Assembly: GCA_037442365.1 (NCBI GenBank)
Contig: JBBIQK010000007.1
Location: forward strand, 1,284 to 65,283
Reading direction: 5' to 3'
Length of the DNA: 64,000 nt
Source of the DNA: Armatimonadota bacterium
Lineage (GTDB): Bacteria > Armatimonadota > Fimbriimonadia > Fimbriimonadales > GBS-DC
The notes under the pieces are model-generated. The model did no database searches. It was not told the DNA's origin and worked only from the letters and a program-made list of their open reading frames with translations. The position numbers and the translations under genes are program-made. Below, in pieces: positions 17,546 to 27,355 of the stretch (within the stretch, counting starts at the first letter, position 1; every line of letters starts with the position of its first letter).

Positions 17546-18485
17546 TGTGTGCTGGTGTGTGCTGGGTCTGACGCAGCAACCCTCGCTGCTGGAGCGCACG
17601 GGGCAGGAGGTGAGCCTCGTGGTCGAGCGCGCGCGCCCTGCCGTTGTGACGGTCGAGGCGCGGGTGGGCGGCAGGCTGGTGCGCAGCAGCGGGTTCGTCA
17701 TCGACTCGGCAGGCTTTGTGGTGTGCGCGGCGGAGGGCGTGCGCGCCCAGCCGCAGGTCGCGCTCTACCTGCCTGAGGGCGAGGCGGTACCCGCGCGCGT
17801 CGTCAGCGTGGATAACATCACGGGCATCGCCCTGCTGCGCACAGAGGGCAGTACGCGCCTGCCATCCCTGAGCTGGGGCAGCTCCGAACGGCTCGCGCTT
17901 GGCTCGCCGCTGATTCTGATTGGCAATCGCAGCGGACTGGAGGGCAGCGTCACGGTCGGCACGCTGGGCGGCAAAGACCGTGTGGGCGTGCGACGCGACA
18001 ATCAGCGCGTGGTGTTGCTCCTGCAGTTCAACGGCACGGTCGGTTCGGGCGAGCCGGGCGCGCCGCTGCTCGACTCGCAGGGGCGCGTGGTCGGCGTGAT
18101 GGTGGGCGAACTCGCGTCGGTGGAGGGCGCGCCGGTGTCGCCTGTGGCGGTGGTCGGCTTCGCCGTGCCGTCTGAGATTGCCCAGCGCGTGGCGACCGAC
18201 CTGCGCACGAAAGGGCGTGCGGAACACGCATGGCTGGGCGTCGACTATCAGGGGTTGCCAAGCGGCGTCGTCGTGCGCCGCGTGGCGGCGGGCAGCCCCG
18301 CCCAGCAGGCAGGCGTGCAGGTGGGTGACCTCATCGTGCAATACAACGAGAAGCCCATCCGCACCGCGTCCGACCTCACACGCGAACTCTACTTCGCCCG
18401 ACCCAACCAGCGGATTACGCTGACCGTGATGCGTGAAGGGCAACAGGCGCGTCTGACCATCACGCTGGGTGTGCAGTCGCTGTGA
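17520..18485 (+). CDS. HtrA/DegS-like trypsin-fold protein with PDZ domain; catalytic triad apparently replaced
   Basis: Signal peptide, S1C-like core and a C-terminal PDZ (GSPAQQAGVQVGDLIVQYN). The His, Asp and Ser positions read E, G and P in a by-eye alignment to DegP. Confidence 0.65.
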   Translation: MRQLLALFSVCWCVLGLTQQPSLLERTGQEVSLVVERARPAVVTVEARVGGRLVRSSGFVIDSAGFVVCAAEGVRAQPQVALYLPEGEAVPARVVSVDNITGIALLRTEGSTRLPSLSWGSSERLALGSPLILIGNRSGLEGSVTVGTLGGKDRVGVRRDNQRVVLLLQFNGTVGSGEPGAPLLDSQGRVVGVMVGELASVEGAPVSPVAVVGFAVPSEIAQRVATDLRTKGRAEHAWLGVDYQGLPSGVVVRRVAAGSPAQQAGVQVGDLIVQYNEKPIRTASDLTRELYFARPNQRITLTVMREGQQARLTITLGVQSL

Positions 18486-18486
18486 G

Positions 18487-19905
18487 CTACGCCGCCTGCG
18501 CAAGGCTATCCATCTGTAGCAGGCGCAGCTTGTTGCTGCCGTTCAGCGCGGCGAGTTTGTAGCACTCCGCCAGCGTCGGGTAGTTGAAGATAGCTTTCAA
18601 AAAGTAGTCCACCGTCGCGCGGAAGGCAATCGCCATCTGCCCGATGTGGATCAGCTCGGTTGCGCCCGTGCCGATGGCATGCACGCCAAGAATCTCGCGC
18701 GTCTGCTCGTGGATGAGCATCTTGAGCATGCCGTTCGTGTCGCCGAGCAGTTGCCCGCGCGCCGTCTCGCGGTAGTGCGCCACGCCGACCTCGTAGGGCA
18801 CGCCCTCGCGCGTGAGTTGCTCCTCGCTCTTGCCGACCGTCGCGATTTCGGGGATGGTGTAGATGCCGTAGGGGAACAGGGGGCAGCTCTGCTCGACCGG
18901 CTCCCCGCAGGCGTGGCATGCGGCGACGCGCCCCTGCTCCATCGAGGTGCTTGCCAGCGCGGGGAAGCCGACCACATCGCCCACAGCGTAGATGTGGGGG
19001 ATGGCGGTCTGGAACCGCTCGTTCACCTGCAGGCGTCCGCGCGAGTCGGTCTCCAGCCCGATTTTTTCCAGCCCCAGCGTGGCGGTCGCGCCCTGCCTGC
19101 CGATGCAATACAGCAGCGCGTCCGCGCGCAGGTGCTTGCCGCTGGCTAAGGTCGCCTCCACCAGCCCGCACGGAAGCGTCTGCACCTGCTGTACCTGCTC
19201 CCCCAGACGCAGGGTGATGTCCGCGGCGCGCATGTGGTACTGTAGAGCTTCGCTGACTTCGGCGTCCAGAAACTCCAGCAGGCGCGTGCGCGCCTCCACC
19301 AGAATCACGCGCACGCCCAGCAGGTTCATCATACAGGCGTACTCCACGCCGATGACCCCGCCGCCCACGATAATCAGCGTCTTCGGCAGACGCGGCAGGC
19401 GCAGGAACGAATCGCTGTCCACCACATGGCAGTCATCGAAGGGGATATGCGACGGGCGCGCGGGAACCGTGCCCACCGCCAGAATAATCGACTCCGCCCG
19501 CGCCAGTTCGTGACCCGACGGCTGAATCACGCGCACGGTATGCTCATCCTCAAAGTAGGCGCTGCCCCACAGGAGCATCACGCCGTTTTTCTGCAGGTGT
19601 TCGTGCAGCACCGCCTGCTCGACGCGGATAATGTGCTGACACTGGGCGACCAGCTCCTGAATCGAGAGGGTTTGCGGCGCGGCGGGGAGGGCGTCGTGCG
19701 CGAACGCGCTGCGGCGTCCCGTGAGTTGCAGAATCGCTTCCCGCAGCGCCTTACTGGGGATGGTGCCTGTGTGCAGGCACACGCCGCCCAGATGGGTCTG
19801 CCGCTCGACGACGGCGACGCTTCGCCCCAGCTTGGCGGCTTGAATGGCGGCGCGCTGACCCGCAGGACCGCTGCCAATCACCAGCACATCCACCTGCCGC
19901 ATCAT
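18487..19905 (-). CDS. sthA: soluble pyridine nucleotide transhydrogenase
   Basis: VLVIGSGPAG, GGVCLHTGTIPSKALREA (single Cys, SthA type), LGLETDSRGRLQVN and FNYPTLAECYKLAALNG closely track E. coli SthA. Confidence 0.85.
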   Translation of the reverse strand: MMRQVDVLVIGSGPAGQRAAIQAAKLGRSVAVVERQTHLGGVCLHTGTIPSKALREAILQLTGRRSAFAHDALPAAPQTLSIQELVAQCQHIIRVEQAVLHEHLQKNGVMLLWGSAYFEDEHTVRVIQPSGHELARAESIILAVGTVPARPSHIPFDDCHVVDSDSFLRLPRLPKTLIIVGGGVIGVEYACMMNLLGVRVILVEARTRLLEFLDAEVSEALQYHMRAADITLRLGEQVQQVQTLPCGLVEATLASGKHLRADALLYCIGRQGATATLGLEKIGLETDSRGRLQVNERFQTAIPHIYAVGDVVGFPALASTSMEQGRVAACHACGEPVEQSCPLFPYGIYTIPEIATVGKSEEQLTREGVPYEVGVAHYRETARGQLLGDTNGMLKMLIHEQTREILGVHAIGTGATELIHIGQMAIAFRATVDYFLKAIFNYPTLAECYKLAALNGSNKLRLLQMDSLAQAA

Positions 19906-19939
19906 GGGGCTTATTCCACATGCAGCGATTCAAAAGACA

Positions 19940-19965
19940 CCCCCCGAACGACAGTATTCAGGGGG
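19940..19965 (-). terminator. rho-independent terminator candidate after the pilin-like/small-TM operon
   Basis: On the minus strand: CCCCCTGAA-tactgtcg-TTCGGGGGG followed by TGTCTTTTG. Confidence 0.5.
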
Positions 19966-19987
19966 TAGGACGGAAGGGAAAGAACAC

Positions 19988-20230
19988 TTAGCGTCCGCCT
20001 TTGCCTGGAGGCGTTGGCAAGCCGCTCGCAGGCTGCGCGGGCTGCGGCGCATAGCCGCCGTAGCCGCCTCCCGGACCCGAAACCGTGCCAGGCGGCGGCT
20101 CCGTCGGACGCGGACCGTTCGGATCAATCTCAATAAAATCGCTCCGAGGCCCGCTCATCGACTGCCAGGCAAACACACCCAGCGCAAGCAGAACAACCGC
20201 AATCAGCACATAAATCAGGGGTTTGTTCAT
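19988..20230 (-). CDS. small single-pass membrane protein with Pro/Gly-rich tail
   Basis: MNKPLIYVLIAVVLLALGVFAW.., then a P/G-rich tail ending GKGGR. GAGGTGA RBS. Start is 8 nt after the upstream stop codon. Resembles the ORF at 37080-37301. Confidence 0.6.
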   Translation of the reverse strand: MNKPLIYVLIAVVLLALGVFAWQSMSGPRSDFIEIDPNGPRPTEPPPGTVSGPGGGYGGYAPQPAQPASGLPTPPGKGGR

Positions 20231-20238
20231 CGCTCACC

Positions 20239-21114
20239 TCACTGCTGACCGCCCCAGACATAAGCGTTGGGATCGGTAATCGCGTAGGTCGCCGGGTTGA
20301 CCCCCGCCAGCAGGTCATACGGATGGCGCACCGCCTTCACATGCCCATCGACCCACGCCACCGTTGCGATGCCGCTGTGATGCGGGAACTGCGGACCGCT
20401 CTGCACCAGTCGCTGGCGGTTATGCCATGGCCATGTACCGCCGTACTTGCGCCAGTAGTTCGTGCCGCCCGGCTGCTCGTTGATCGCCCAACCACCGAAC
20501 CAGTAGGCAGCGTTGGATCCCACATAGCTGGGCGCCTCCACGAACCAGTTGCCGCCGCCCTGACCTTCGCCTGCACTGTTGGCGTCCCATACGCTATCCA
20601 CCAGCATCACCGTACCTGCAGGGCGGTAAACGCCCGCCAGAGAAATCCCTCTGTGCTTGGCGTTGCTGTCCATCGGGCTGAGATAGAGGTGATTGTAGCC
20701 CAGATTGGTCTTGATGCCATAGCAGTAGGAGACATCGTTGCCGACGCTGCACCACGTTTCAATCAGGACACTGTCGTTCGCCTGCGGGTCGGACGGGCAG
20801 CGGAACACCTGCCAGTTTTTGACATACGACTGTACCAGCTGCGGCCATACGCGGTCGCCCTGGTTCGGGTCGTAGGTCACAAAGAAGCTCGCGGGCGAAG
20901 TCATCAGGGGCACCATCGTCTCGTCGTAGTCCTGAATATACATCAGAACCGCCTTGACGCCCTGATTGAAGTTGCTAATGCACGAGGTCTTGCGGGCGCT
21001 TTCACGCGCCTGTGCAAACACAGGGAACAGGATTGCCGCCAAAATGGCGATGATCGCAATTACGACCAGCAACTCAATAAGCGTGAAACCTGCCTTCAGA
21101 TGCTTCTTACGCAT
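20239..21114 (-). CDS. prepilin-type N-terminal cleavage/methylation domain, H-X9-DG family protein
   Basis: [39 protein letters not shown]-terminus [18 protein letters not shown]. Confidence 0.85.
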   Translation of the reverse strand: MRKKHLKAGFTLIELLVVIAIIAILAAILFPVFAQARESARKTSCISNFNQGVKAVLMYIQDYDETMVPLMTSPASFFVTYDPNQGDRVWPQLVQSYVKNWQVFRCPSDPQANDSVLIETWCSVGNDVSYCYGIKTNLGYNHLYLSPMDSNAKHRGISLAGVYRPAGTVMLVDSVWDANSAGEGQGGGNWFVEAPSYVGSNAAYWFGGWAINEQPGGTNYWRKYGGTWPWHNRQRLVQSGPQFPHHSGIATVAWVDGHVKAVRHPYDLLAGVNPATYAITDPNAYVWGGQQ

Positions 21115-21120
21115 AATGGG

Positions 21121-21126
21121 ATTATA
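21121..21126 (-). promoter_or_regulatory. -10 box (TATAAT), 6 nt upstream of ATG 21114
   Basis: Reverse complement reads cgtcTATAATcccattATG. Confidence 0.4.
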
Positions 21127-21221
21127 GACGATGGGCGCAGATTTTTGTTCCCCGCACGCTCCGCAAAAGTGTCGGTTTTGACGCCAAACGGGTACAATCA
21201 CTGTGGTTAAGGAGGCAAGGT

Positions 21222-21794
21222 ATGGTAGACACGAGCGATTTCCGCAGTGGGCTGAACATTATCTTAGACGACGAAATCCATACGATTCTGGAGTACCAGC
21301 AGTCGCATCAGGGGCGCGGGAGCGCGATTGTGCGGGCGCGCCTGAAACGCCTGCGCGACGGCGCGATTTTCGAGCGCACCTTCAAATCGGGCGAACGCTT
21401 CCCGCAGGCGTATCTGGAGCGCAAGCAGATGCAGACCCTCTATCGCGACGGCGACGAGTGGGTCGTGATGGATTCGTACACCTTCGACCAGATTCATGTG
21501 CCCGCGTCGCAGTTTGGCGACGGCGCGAAGTTCCTCAAAGACGGCATGGAGGTCTATCTGCTCTACTTCAACGAGCAGATTGTGGGGGCGGATGTGCCTG
21601 ACTTTGTGGAACTAACGGTGGCGGAGACGGACCCGAACTTTCGGGGCGACACGGCGTCGGGCGGCTCCAAGCCCGCGACGCTCGAAACAGGCGCGGTTGT
21701 GCAAGTGCCGTTCCATATCGAGGTCGGCGATGTGCTGAAGGTGAACACGCGCGAGGGCGTCTATGTCGAGCGCGTGCGCAAGGGCGGCGGCTAA
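21222..21794 (+). CDS. efp: elongation factor P
   Basis: [47 protein letters not shown] box at 21191-21198 and AAGGAGG RBS. Confidence 0.92.
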   Translation: MVDTSDFRSGLNIILDDEIHTILEYQQSHQGRGSAIVRARLKRLRDGAIFERTFKSGERFPQAYLERKQMQTLYRDGDEWVVMDSYTFDQIHVPASQFGDGAKFLKDGMEVYLLYFNEQIVGADVPDFVELTVAETDPNFRGDTASGGSKPATLETGAVVQVPFHIEVGDVLKVNTREGVYVERVRKGGG

Positions 21795-23323
21795 TCGCCC
21801 GTGAGAATCCGCCGCACCTTCGCCGAGAGCTGCGCCATCGTGAACGGCTTGGCGAGGAACTCGACGCCCGGCTTGACCTCGCCGCGCTCGATAACCGTGT
21901 TTTCGGTGTAGCCCGACACGAAGAGCGTCTTCATGGTAGGGTGCATCACGCTGAGCGCGCGCGCCAGCTCGCCGCCGCGCATCTCGGGCAGCACCACATC
22001 GGTGATGAGCAAATCGGGCGCATGCGCAGCGGCAATCTGGAACGCCTCCTGCGGGCGGCTCGCTTCCAGTACCGTACAGCCCAGCGCGCGCAGCATTTCG
22101 CGCATCGTGTGGCGCACCTCGTCATTATCCTCAACGATTAACACGACGCCGCTGCCGGGTTGCGTGGGAGTTTCCGCAGGATGCGCCCGCAGCGGCTCCG
22201 TAGCCTCGTACACGCGCGGCAGGTAGATTTTGAAGGTCGTGCCTTTGCCCGGCTCGCTGTAGACCCAAATGTGCCCGCGCGCCTGATTGATAATCCCATG
22301 CACGGTCGCCAGCCCCAGCCCGACGCCGCCCGCGCGCCCCGTATAGAACGGCTCGAAGATGTGGGGGAGGTGTTCAGGGGCGATTCCTTCGCCCGTGTCG
22401 GTGATGCTGATCAGCACATACTCGCCCGGTTGCACGCCCCAGTGCTGGCTGGCGTAGGTTTCATCCAGCGCCACATTCTGCGTCTCTACCGTGAGCTTGC
22501 CCCCGTTGGGCATCGCCTGTCGCGCGTTCGAGGTCAGATTGACCAGTACTTGCTCCAGTTGCACGGGGTCGGCGCGCACGGCTCCCGTCCGTTCATCCAG
22601 CAGGCATTCGAGCTGGACATCTTCGCCCAGCACGCGCTGCAGGAAGGGTGTGAGCTGTTGCAGGTGTTCGTTCACGCTCATCGCCTGGGGCGCAATCACG
22701 CGCCGCCGCGCGAAGGCAAGCAACTGGCTCACCAGCTGGCTGGCGCGCTCAACCGCCTGCAGAATCTGCAGCAGATGGGCGCGGGCAGGCGCGTCCTCGG
22801 CAAGCTGGAGTAGCGCCAGCTCCGTGAACCCGCTGATCGCCGCCAGCATGTTGTTGAAATCGTGCGCAATCCCGCCTGCCAGTCGCCCGATGCTCTCCAT
22901 GCGCGTCGCCTGTTCCACCTGTTCCTGCAATCGTTGAATCTCGGTGATGTCCACTGCCAAGCCCAGCACGCCGTCGACCGCGCCGTCCGCACTGCGCAAC
23001 GGCTCCAGGCGCGTCTGATAGAGACGCTTGCCCCACTGAAACTCGTACTCGACCGACTCGCCCTGCAGGGCGCGCCGATGGTAGTGAATGACCGCAAATT
23101 CGGGGTCAGAGGTCTGGAAGTAGTCCATCAGCGAGGTTCCGAGCAGCTCATTTTCTCGCAGTCCCAGCGCGCGTAGCCCTGCGCCCAGCGACGAGGTGAA
23201 GCGCAAATCGCGGTCTACCGTCCACATAATGGCGGGGAGCTGCCCCAGAATCAGGCGCAGGCGCTGATCTGAAGTCGGCTCAGGCGCACCGTCTGACGGT
23301 TTCGGTTGGTTGTCCACATTCAT
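21791..23323 (-). CDS. hybrid sensor histidine kinase (PAS - HisKA - HATPase - receiver)
   Basis: H-box GGIAHDFNNML, N/G boxes (NARQAMP, DTGEGI, GLGLATV), and a C-terminal receiver (VLIVEDNDEVR..DLLITDVVLP). ATG 23323 follows AAGGAG. Confidence 0.85.
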   Translation of the reverse strand: MNVDNQPKPSDGAPEPTSDQRLRLILGQLPAIMWTVDRDLRFTSSLGAGLRALGLRENELLGTSLMDYFQTSDPEFAVIHYHRRALQGESVEYEFQWGKRLYQTRLEPLRSADGAVDGVLGLAVDITEIQRLQEQVEQATRMESIGRLAGGIAHDFNNMLAAISGFTELALLQLAEDAPARAHLLQILQAVERASQLVSQLLAFARRRVIAPQAMSVNEHLQQLTPFLQRVLGEDVQLECLLDERTGAVRADPVQLEQVLVNLTSNARQAMPNGGKLTVETQNVALDETYASQHWGVQPGEYVLISITDTGEGIAPEHLPHIFEPFYTGRAGGVGLGLATVHGIINQARGHIWVYSEPGKGTTFKIYLPRVYEATEPLRAHPAETPTQPGSGVVLIVEDNDEVRHTMREMLRALGCTVLEASRPQEAFQIAAAHAPDLLITDVVLPEMRGGELARALSVMHPTMKTLFVSGYTENTVIERGEVKPGVEFLAKPFTMAQLSAKVRRILTGD

Positions 23324-23456
23324 CTCCTTGCGCCTCAGCCCAGAACCGCGCGAGAGGGGGCGCAACGGTATAGTACCTGATTTTTATTTTTTGCAGAACA
23401 TTACACGCCCTTGCGAGTCTATGTAAAGCGAGGTACAATCCTATCGAGGTGCTGCT

Positions 23457-25220
23457 ATGAGACGAATCGGTGTGATGATTGGTATTGTATGGCTCGTCGC
23501 GCTGGCGCTGGCGGACCGCACAAGCGTTTCGGTCAGCAATCTGCAGGCGCATGTGAAGTATCTCTCGTCGCCGGAGCTGGAGGGTCGCTTTGCGATAGCG
23601 CCGAGCGCGCACAAAGCGGCGGACTATATCGCGCGGGTCTTTCAGCAGTCGGGTCTCGAACCGAAAGGCACGAACGGCTATTATCAGGACTGGGAGTTGT
23701 CGCTTGGTTTCCAGCCGAGTGGTGAGAATGCGCTGCGCGTCACGGGCGGGCGTGTGTGGGAAGCGCCCGCCGAAGCGATTCGCCCGCTGAACCTGACCGC
23801 GAACACGAAGGTCGAGGGCGAGCTGGTGTTTGTGGGCTACGGCATTTCGCAGCCGAACGCGGGCTACGACGACTACGCCCGCGTCGATGTGACGGGCAAA
23901 ATCGCGGTGATGCTGCGCGGCGCGCCGAGCTGGGAGGGGGTAAGCCCGGACATCCAGCGTGCGGCGCGCATCCCGCAGAAGGTACAGACCGCCCTGCAGA
24001 AGGGCGCGGTGGGCGTGATCCTGGTGAACCTACCGGAGAACGACCGCCTGCTGCCGCTGGGCATGCGCGGACGCGCCCCCGCCACGAACGCCGCGATTCT
24101 GAATGTGCAGGCGTCTGTCGGCGATAAACTGCTCCAGTCGCTGGGGCTGACCGTCGCTGAGGCGGTTCAGCGCATCAACGAGAAAGGGCTGCCCATCAGC
24201 GCGAACCTGAATAGCGCGGCGGAGATCGCCGCATCGATTGAGCCGAACCGCGGCGTGGCGCGCAATGTGGTGGGCTTCATCCCGGGCAACGACCCGCAAC
24301 TGCGCGACGAGGTGATAGTGATCGGCGCGCACTATGACCATCTCGGCTACGGCGAGGTGGGGTCGCTTGCCCCAGAGCCGGGCGACATCCACCCCGGCGC
24401 GGACGACAACGCTTCGGGTACCGCGGCGATTATGGAGCTGGCGCGCTTGCTGGCGCAGAACCGCGACAGGCTCAAGCGTAGCGTGCTCGTGATTGCCTTC
24501 TCCGCCGAAGAGGAAGGCTTGCTTGGCGCAGAGTATTTCGTGCAGAACCCGACCGTGCCGCGCGAGAATATCGTCGCTATGCTCAACTTCGACATGGTGG
24601 GGCGGATGAACAACAATCGCCTTTCGGTCAGCGGCGTCGGCACGGCAGCCGCATGGGAAGGCATCCTCAAAGCGGCGAACACGGAGAACCTGAACCTGCA
24701 GCTGAGCCAGTCGGCGTCGGGCGGCAGCGACCATATGCCGTTTATGCGCCGCGAGATCCCTGCGCTGTTCTTCTTCACGGGCATGCACCCCGACTACCAT
24801 CGCCCGTCGGACACCTGGGACAAAATCAACTACGAGGGTCAGGCGCAGGTGGTCGCGCTGGCAGAGCGCGTGGTGTACGACCTTGCCAGTCGCCCGGAGC
24901 GGTTGCAGTTCACCCGCCCACAACAGCCCCAACCGCAGCAGGGCGCGCAGCGACGCGGCTTCCGCGTGCGCATCGGAATCATCCCCAGCTACTCGGAGCA
25001 AGAGGGCGTGCTGCTGGATGGCGTCGCCCCTGGCTCGCCTGCCGAGCAAGCGGGGCTCAAAGCGGGCGACCGCATCGTCGCCGTGATGGGACAGCGCGTC
25101 AGAAACATCGAGGAGCTGACCAGCCTCTACGAGAAGATGGAACCGGGCAAGCCCGTGGAGTTCACCCTCATCCGCGAGGGGAAAGAGGTCAAGCTGCAGG
25201 TGACGCCCGCGGCGCCGTAG
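23457..25220 (+). CDS. M28-family aminopeptidase with PA domain and C-terminal PDZ domain
   Basis: HYDHLGYG, DDNASGTAAIMELAR, FSAEEEGLLGAEYF, SDHMPF. PDZ GSPAEQAGLKAGDRIVAV. Promoter TTGCGA-17-TACAAT at 23411-23439. Confidence 0.8.
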   Translation: MRRIGVMIGIVWLVALALADRTSVSVSNLQAHVKYLSSPELEGRFAIAPSAHKAADYIARVFQQSGLEPKGTNGYYQDWELSLGFQPSGENALRVTGGRVWEAPAEAIRPLNLTANTKVEGELVFVGYGISQPNAGYDDYARVDVTGKIAVMLRGAPSWEGVSPDIQRAARIPQKVQTALQKGAVGVILVNLPENDRLLPLGMRGRAPATNAAILNVQASVGDKLLQSLGLTVAEAVQRINEKGLPISANLNSAAEIAASIEPNRGVARNVVGFIPGNDPQLRDEVIVIGAHYDHLGYGEVGSLAPEPGDIHPGADDNASGTAAIMELARLLAQNRDRLKRSVLVIAFSAEEEGLLGAEYFVQNPTVPRENIVAMLNFDMVGRMNNNRLSVSGVGTAAAWEGILKAANTENLNLQLSQSASGGSDHMPFMRREIPALFFFTGMHPDYHRPSDTWDKINYEGQAQVVALAERVVYDLASRPERLQFTRPQQPQPQQGAQRRGFRVRIGIIPSYSEQEGVLLDGVAPGSPAEQAGLKAGDRIVAVMGQRVRNIEELTSLYEKMEPGKPVEFTLIREGKEVKLQVTPAAP

Positions 25221-25277
25221 CAGGCTTGATAGACTTCCGCACGGCGATTCCCCAAGCAACGGGAAGCCGCCGTGCGG

Positions 25278-25283
25278 TATACT
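25278..25283 (+). promoter_or_regulatory. -10 box (GGTATACT), 6 nt upstream of ATG 25290
   Basis: Sequence gcGGTATACTcccgccATG. Confidence 0.45.
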
Positions 25284-25289
25284 CCCGCC

Positions 25290-26177
25290 ATGCGCATCGT
25301 GTCGCTGTTGCCCAGTGCGACGGAGATTGTGTGCGCGCTGGGGCTGGGGGAGTTTCTGGTCGCGCGAAGCCACGAGTGCGATTACCCGCCCGAAATACAG
25401 CATCGTCCCGTGATTACCTACAGCCTAATCCCGCCCGATTTGCCCAGCCACGAGATTGATCGCGTAGTGTCCGAGACGCTGACGACGCACGCCACGCTGT
25501 ACGGGCTGGATGTCGATCTGCTGCAGCAACTGGAGCCAGACCTGCTGATTACGCAGGCGTTGTGTGAGGTGTGCGCGGTGTCGTTCAACTCGGTGCAGGA
25601 GGCGGTGTCGCAGCTCAGCCCGCGCACGCGCGTGCTGAACCTGGAGCCGACCAGCCTGCAGGGCGTGCTGGACACTTTCCAGCAGGTCGCCGACGCGGCG
25701 GGCGTCCCCGAACGCGGGCGCGCGCTGATAGAGGCGTTTCAGGCGCGCGTCGAACGAGTGCGCCAGCGCACGCAGAATCGTCCGCCCGTGCGCGTGAGCT
25801 TTCTGGAGTGGATAGACCCCCCGTTCGCCTGCGGGCACTGGACGCCTGAACTGGTCGCGCTGGCGGGCGGGATCGAAGGACACGGACGCGCGGGACAGCC
25901 CTCGCGCCGACTGGAGTGGCAGGAGGTGCTGGCGTGGCGCCCCGAAGCCATCGTGATTGCTTGCTGCGGCTTCACGGTGGAGCGCACCCTGCAGGATTTG
26001 CCCCTGCTGGCGCGCATGCCAGGCTGGGACGCGCTGCCCGCCGTGCAAAGCAGCGCGGTGTTCATCACAGACGGCAACGCCTACTTCAGCCGCCCTGGAC
26101 CGCGCCTTGCCGACTCGCTGGAGTGGCTGGCGGCGCAACTGGAGCGGTGTAATGCGCCCGCCGCCTCGCGCGTCTAA
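25290..26177 (+). CDS. BtuF/FhuD-like periplasmic-binding-protein family member (cobalamin/iron-complex type), no obvious signal peptide
   Basis: MRIVSLLPSATEIVCALGLGEFLVARSHECDYP matches the class III substrate-binding-protein N-terminus. Start chosen at the MRIVSL ATG. Confidence 0.65.
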   Translation: MRIVSLLPSATEIVCALGLGEFLVARSHECDYPPEIQHRPVITYSLIPPDLPSHEIDRVVSETLTTHATLYGLDVDLLQQLEPDLLITQALCEVCAVSFNSVQEAVSQLSPRTRVLNLEPTSLQGVLDTFQQVADAAGVPERGRALIEAFQARVERVRQRTQNRPPVRVSFLEWIDPPFACGHWTPELVALAGGIEGHGRAGQPSRRLEWQEVLAWRPEAIVIACCGFTVERTLQDLPLLARMPGWDALPAVQSSAVFITDGNAYFSRPGPRLADSLEWLAAQLERCNAPAASRV

Positions 26178-26209
26178 CGAGTGGTATAATTGTGATAGAG
26201 GAGGCAACG

Positions 26210-27355
26210 ATGCGATACTTCTGGCTGATTGGGGCGCTCGCGTTCAGTTTGGGCTTCGCGGACGATGGTCTGGGGGGACTGGTGCGCAAGACGGAGGGCA
26301 AAAAAGGCGGCAACAAGCCCGCGCCGTCGCGCGAGTCGGATTCCAGCCCATCGCGTAGCAACGACGACAAAGGCAACAAGCCGCGTCCGAGCGACAACTC
26401 TGGCGCGCCGCAGAACAGTCCCGGCAACGCGCCGCAAGACAACGACCCGTTCCGCAAAAAACCGCGCAATGGTTCAGGCAATAACGCGCCGCAGCCATCG
26501 GATTCAGGGCGTGTGCCGCAGGAAGGACGGCGCGTACCGCTGGAAGGCAACCGCGTGCCGCTGGAGGCGCGCCCGGTACCGTTCGAATCCCGTCCCGTGC
26601 TGACTCCTCCCAGCGCACCCAACCGCATCGACAACCGCCCGGTACCGCTGGAGGGCGCGGAGCTACCTGCGCTCGTGCGTCGCACGGAGGGGCTGAACCC
26701 GCACCGCTGGCGCGACCGCTATGTGCTGCTCCCGATTGACCCCAGCTATGGTTATGGCGGATTCTATGTGAGCTATCGGTTCGGCAACCTGCGCTTCGGC
26801 TATCAGCATTACTACATCTATCCCGACCCGTACCGTGTGGTGTACGCCCCCTACTGGTACTACGACCCCTGCCCGCCGTTCCTGGTGGTCTATCGGGTGG
26901 TCTATCTGCCGCCGCGCCCGCACACGGTGCTGGTGGAAGTGCCGATTTATGTGGAGACGCCGTACTATCTGGAGCGTCGCCCGCTGGATAGCCAGCAGCA
27001 GTTGCTGAGCGATCTGCGCGCCGCGTGGATGTTGCGCGACCCCAGCTACCTCACGCGCTACATCCGCCCCGAAAGCTACATCTCGATTTATCTGGACGGG
27101 CAGTACGCTTATTCCGTGCCCGCGCAGGACTACATCGACATGACGCGCGACGCCATTCGCGCCGTGCGCACCGAGCAGATACGCTTCTATCGCGTGACGC
27201 GGCGCGGCGAGACGCAACTGGTGGTGCGCGGCGAGCATCAGTATATCGACGACGCGACGGGCGTGCGCCGACTGGTCTACATCCAGTACACCTTCGAACA
27301 GGTCGACGGGCGCTGGTACCTGATTGAAGCAGGCTCGTCGGCGAATCGGTTGTAA
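26210..27355 (+). CDS. secreted hypothetical protein: Pro-rich low-complexity N-half, aromatic-rich middle, NTF2-like C-terminus
   Basis: Signal peptide MRYFWLIGALAFSLGFA. Imperfect 21-nt repeats encode (R/N)RVPLEG units at about 26509-26650. TATAAT at 26185 and GAGGAGG RBS. Confidence 0.5.
   Translation: MRYFWLIGALAFSLGFADDGLGGLVRKTEGKKGGNKPAPSRESDSSPSRSNDDKGNKPRPSDNSGAPQNSPGNAPQDNDPFRKKPRNGSGNNAPQPSDSGRVPQEGRRVPLEGNRVPLEARPVPFESRPVLTPPSAPNRIDNRPVPLEGAELPALVRRTEGLNPHRWRDRYVLLPIDPSYGYGGFYVSYRFGNLRFGYQHYYIYPDPYRVVYAPYWYYDPCPPFLVVYRVVYLPPRPHTVLVEVPIYVETPYYLERRPLDSQQQLLSDLRAAWMLRDPSYLTRYIRPESYISIYLDGQYAYSVPAQDYIDMTRDAIRAVRTEQIRFYRVTRRGETQLVVRGEHQYIDDATGVRRLVYIQYTFEQVDGRWYLIEAGSSANRL

Noticed and set aside
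25221-25289. Cobalamin riboswitch upstream of the BtuF-like gene.
   Set aside because: Only 69 nt of spacer are available, and the -10 box lies 6 nt from the ATG. That leaves no room for an aptamer of roughly 200 nt.
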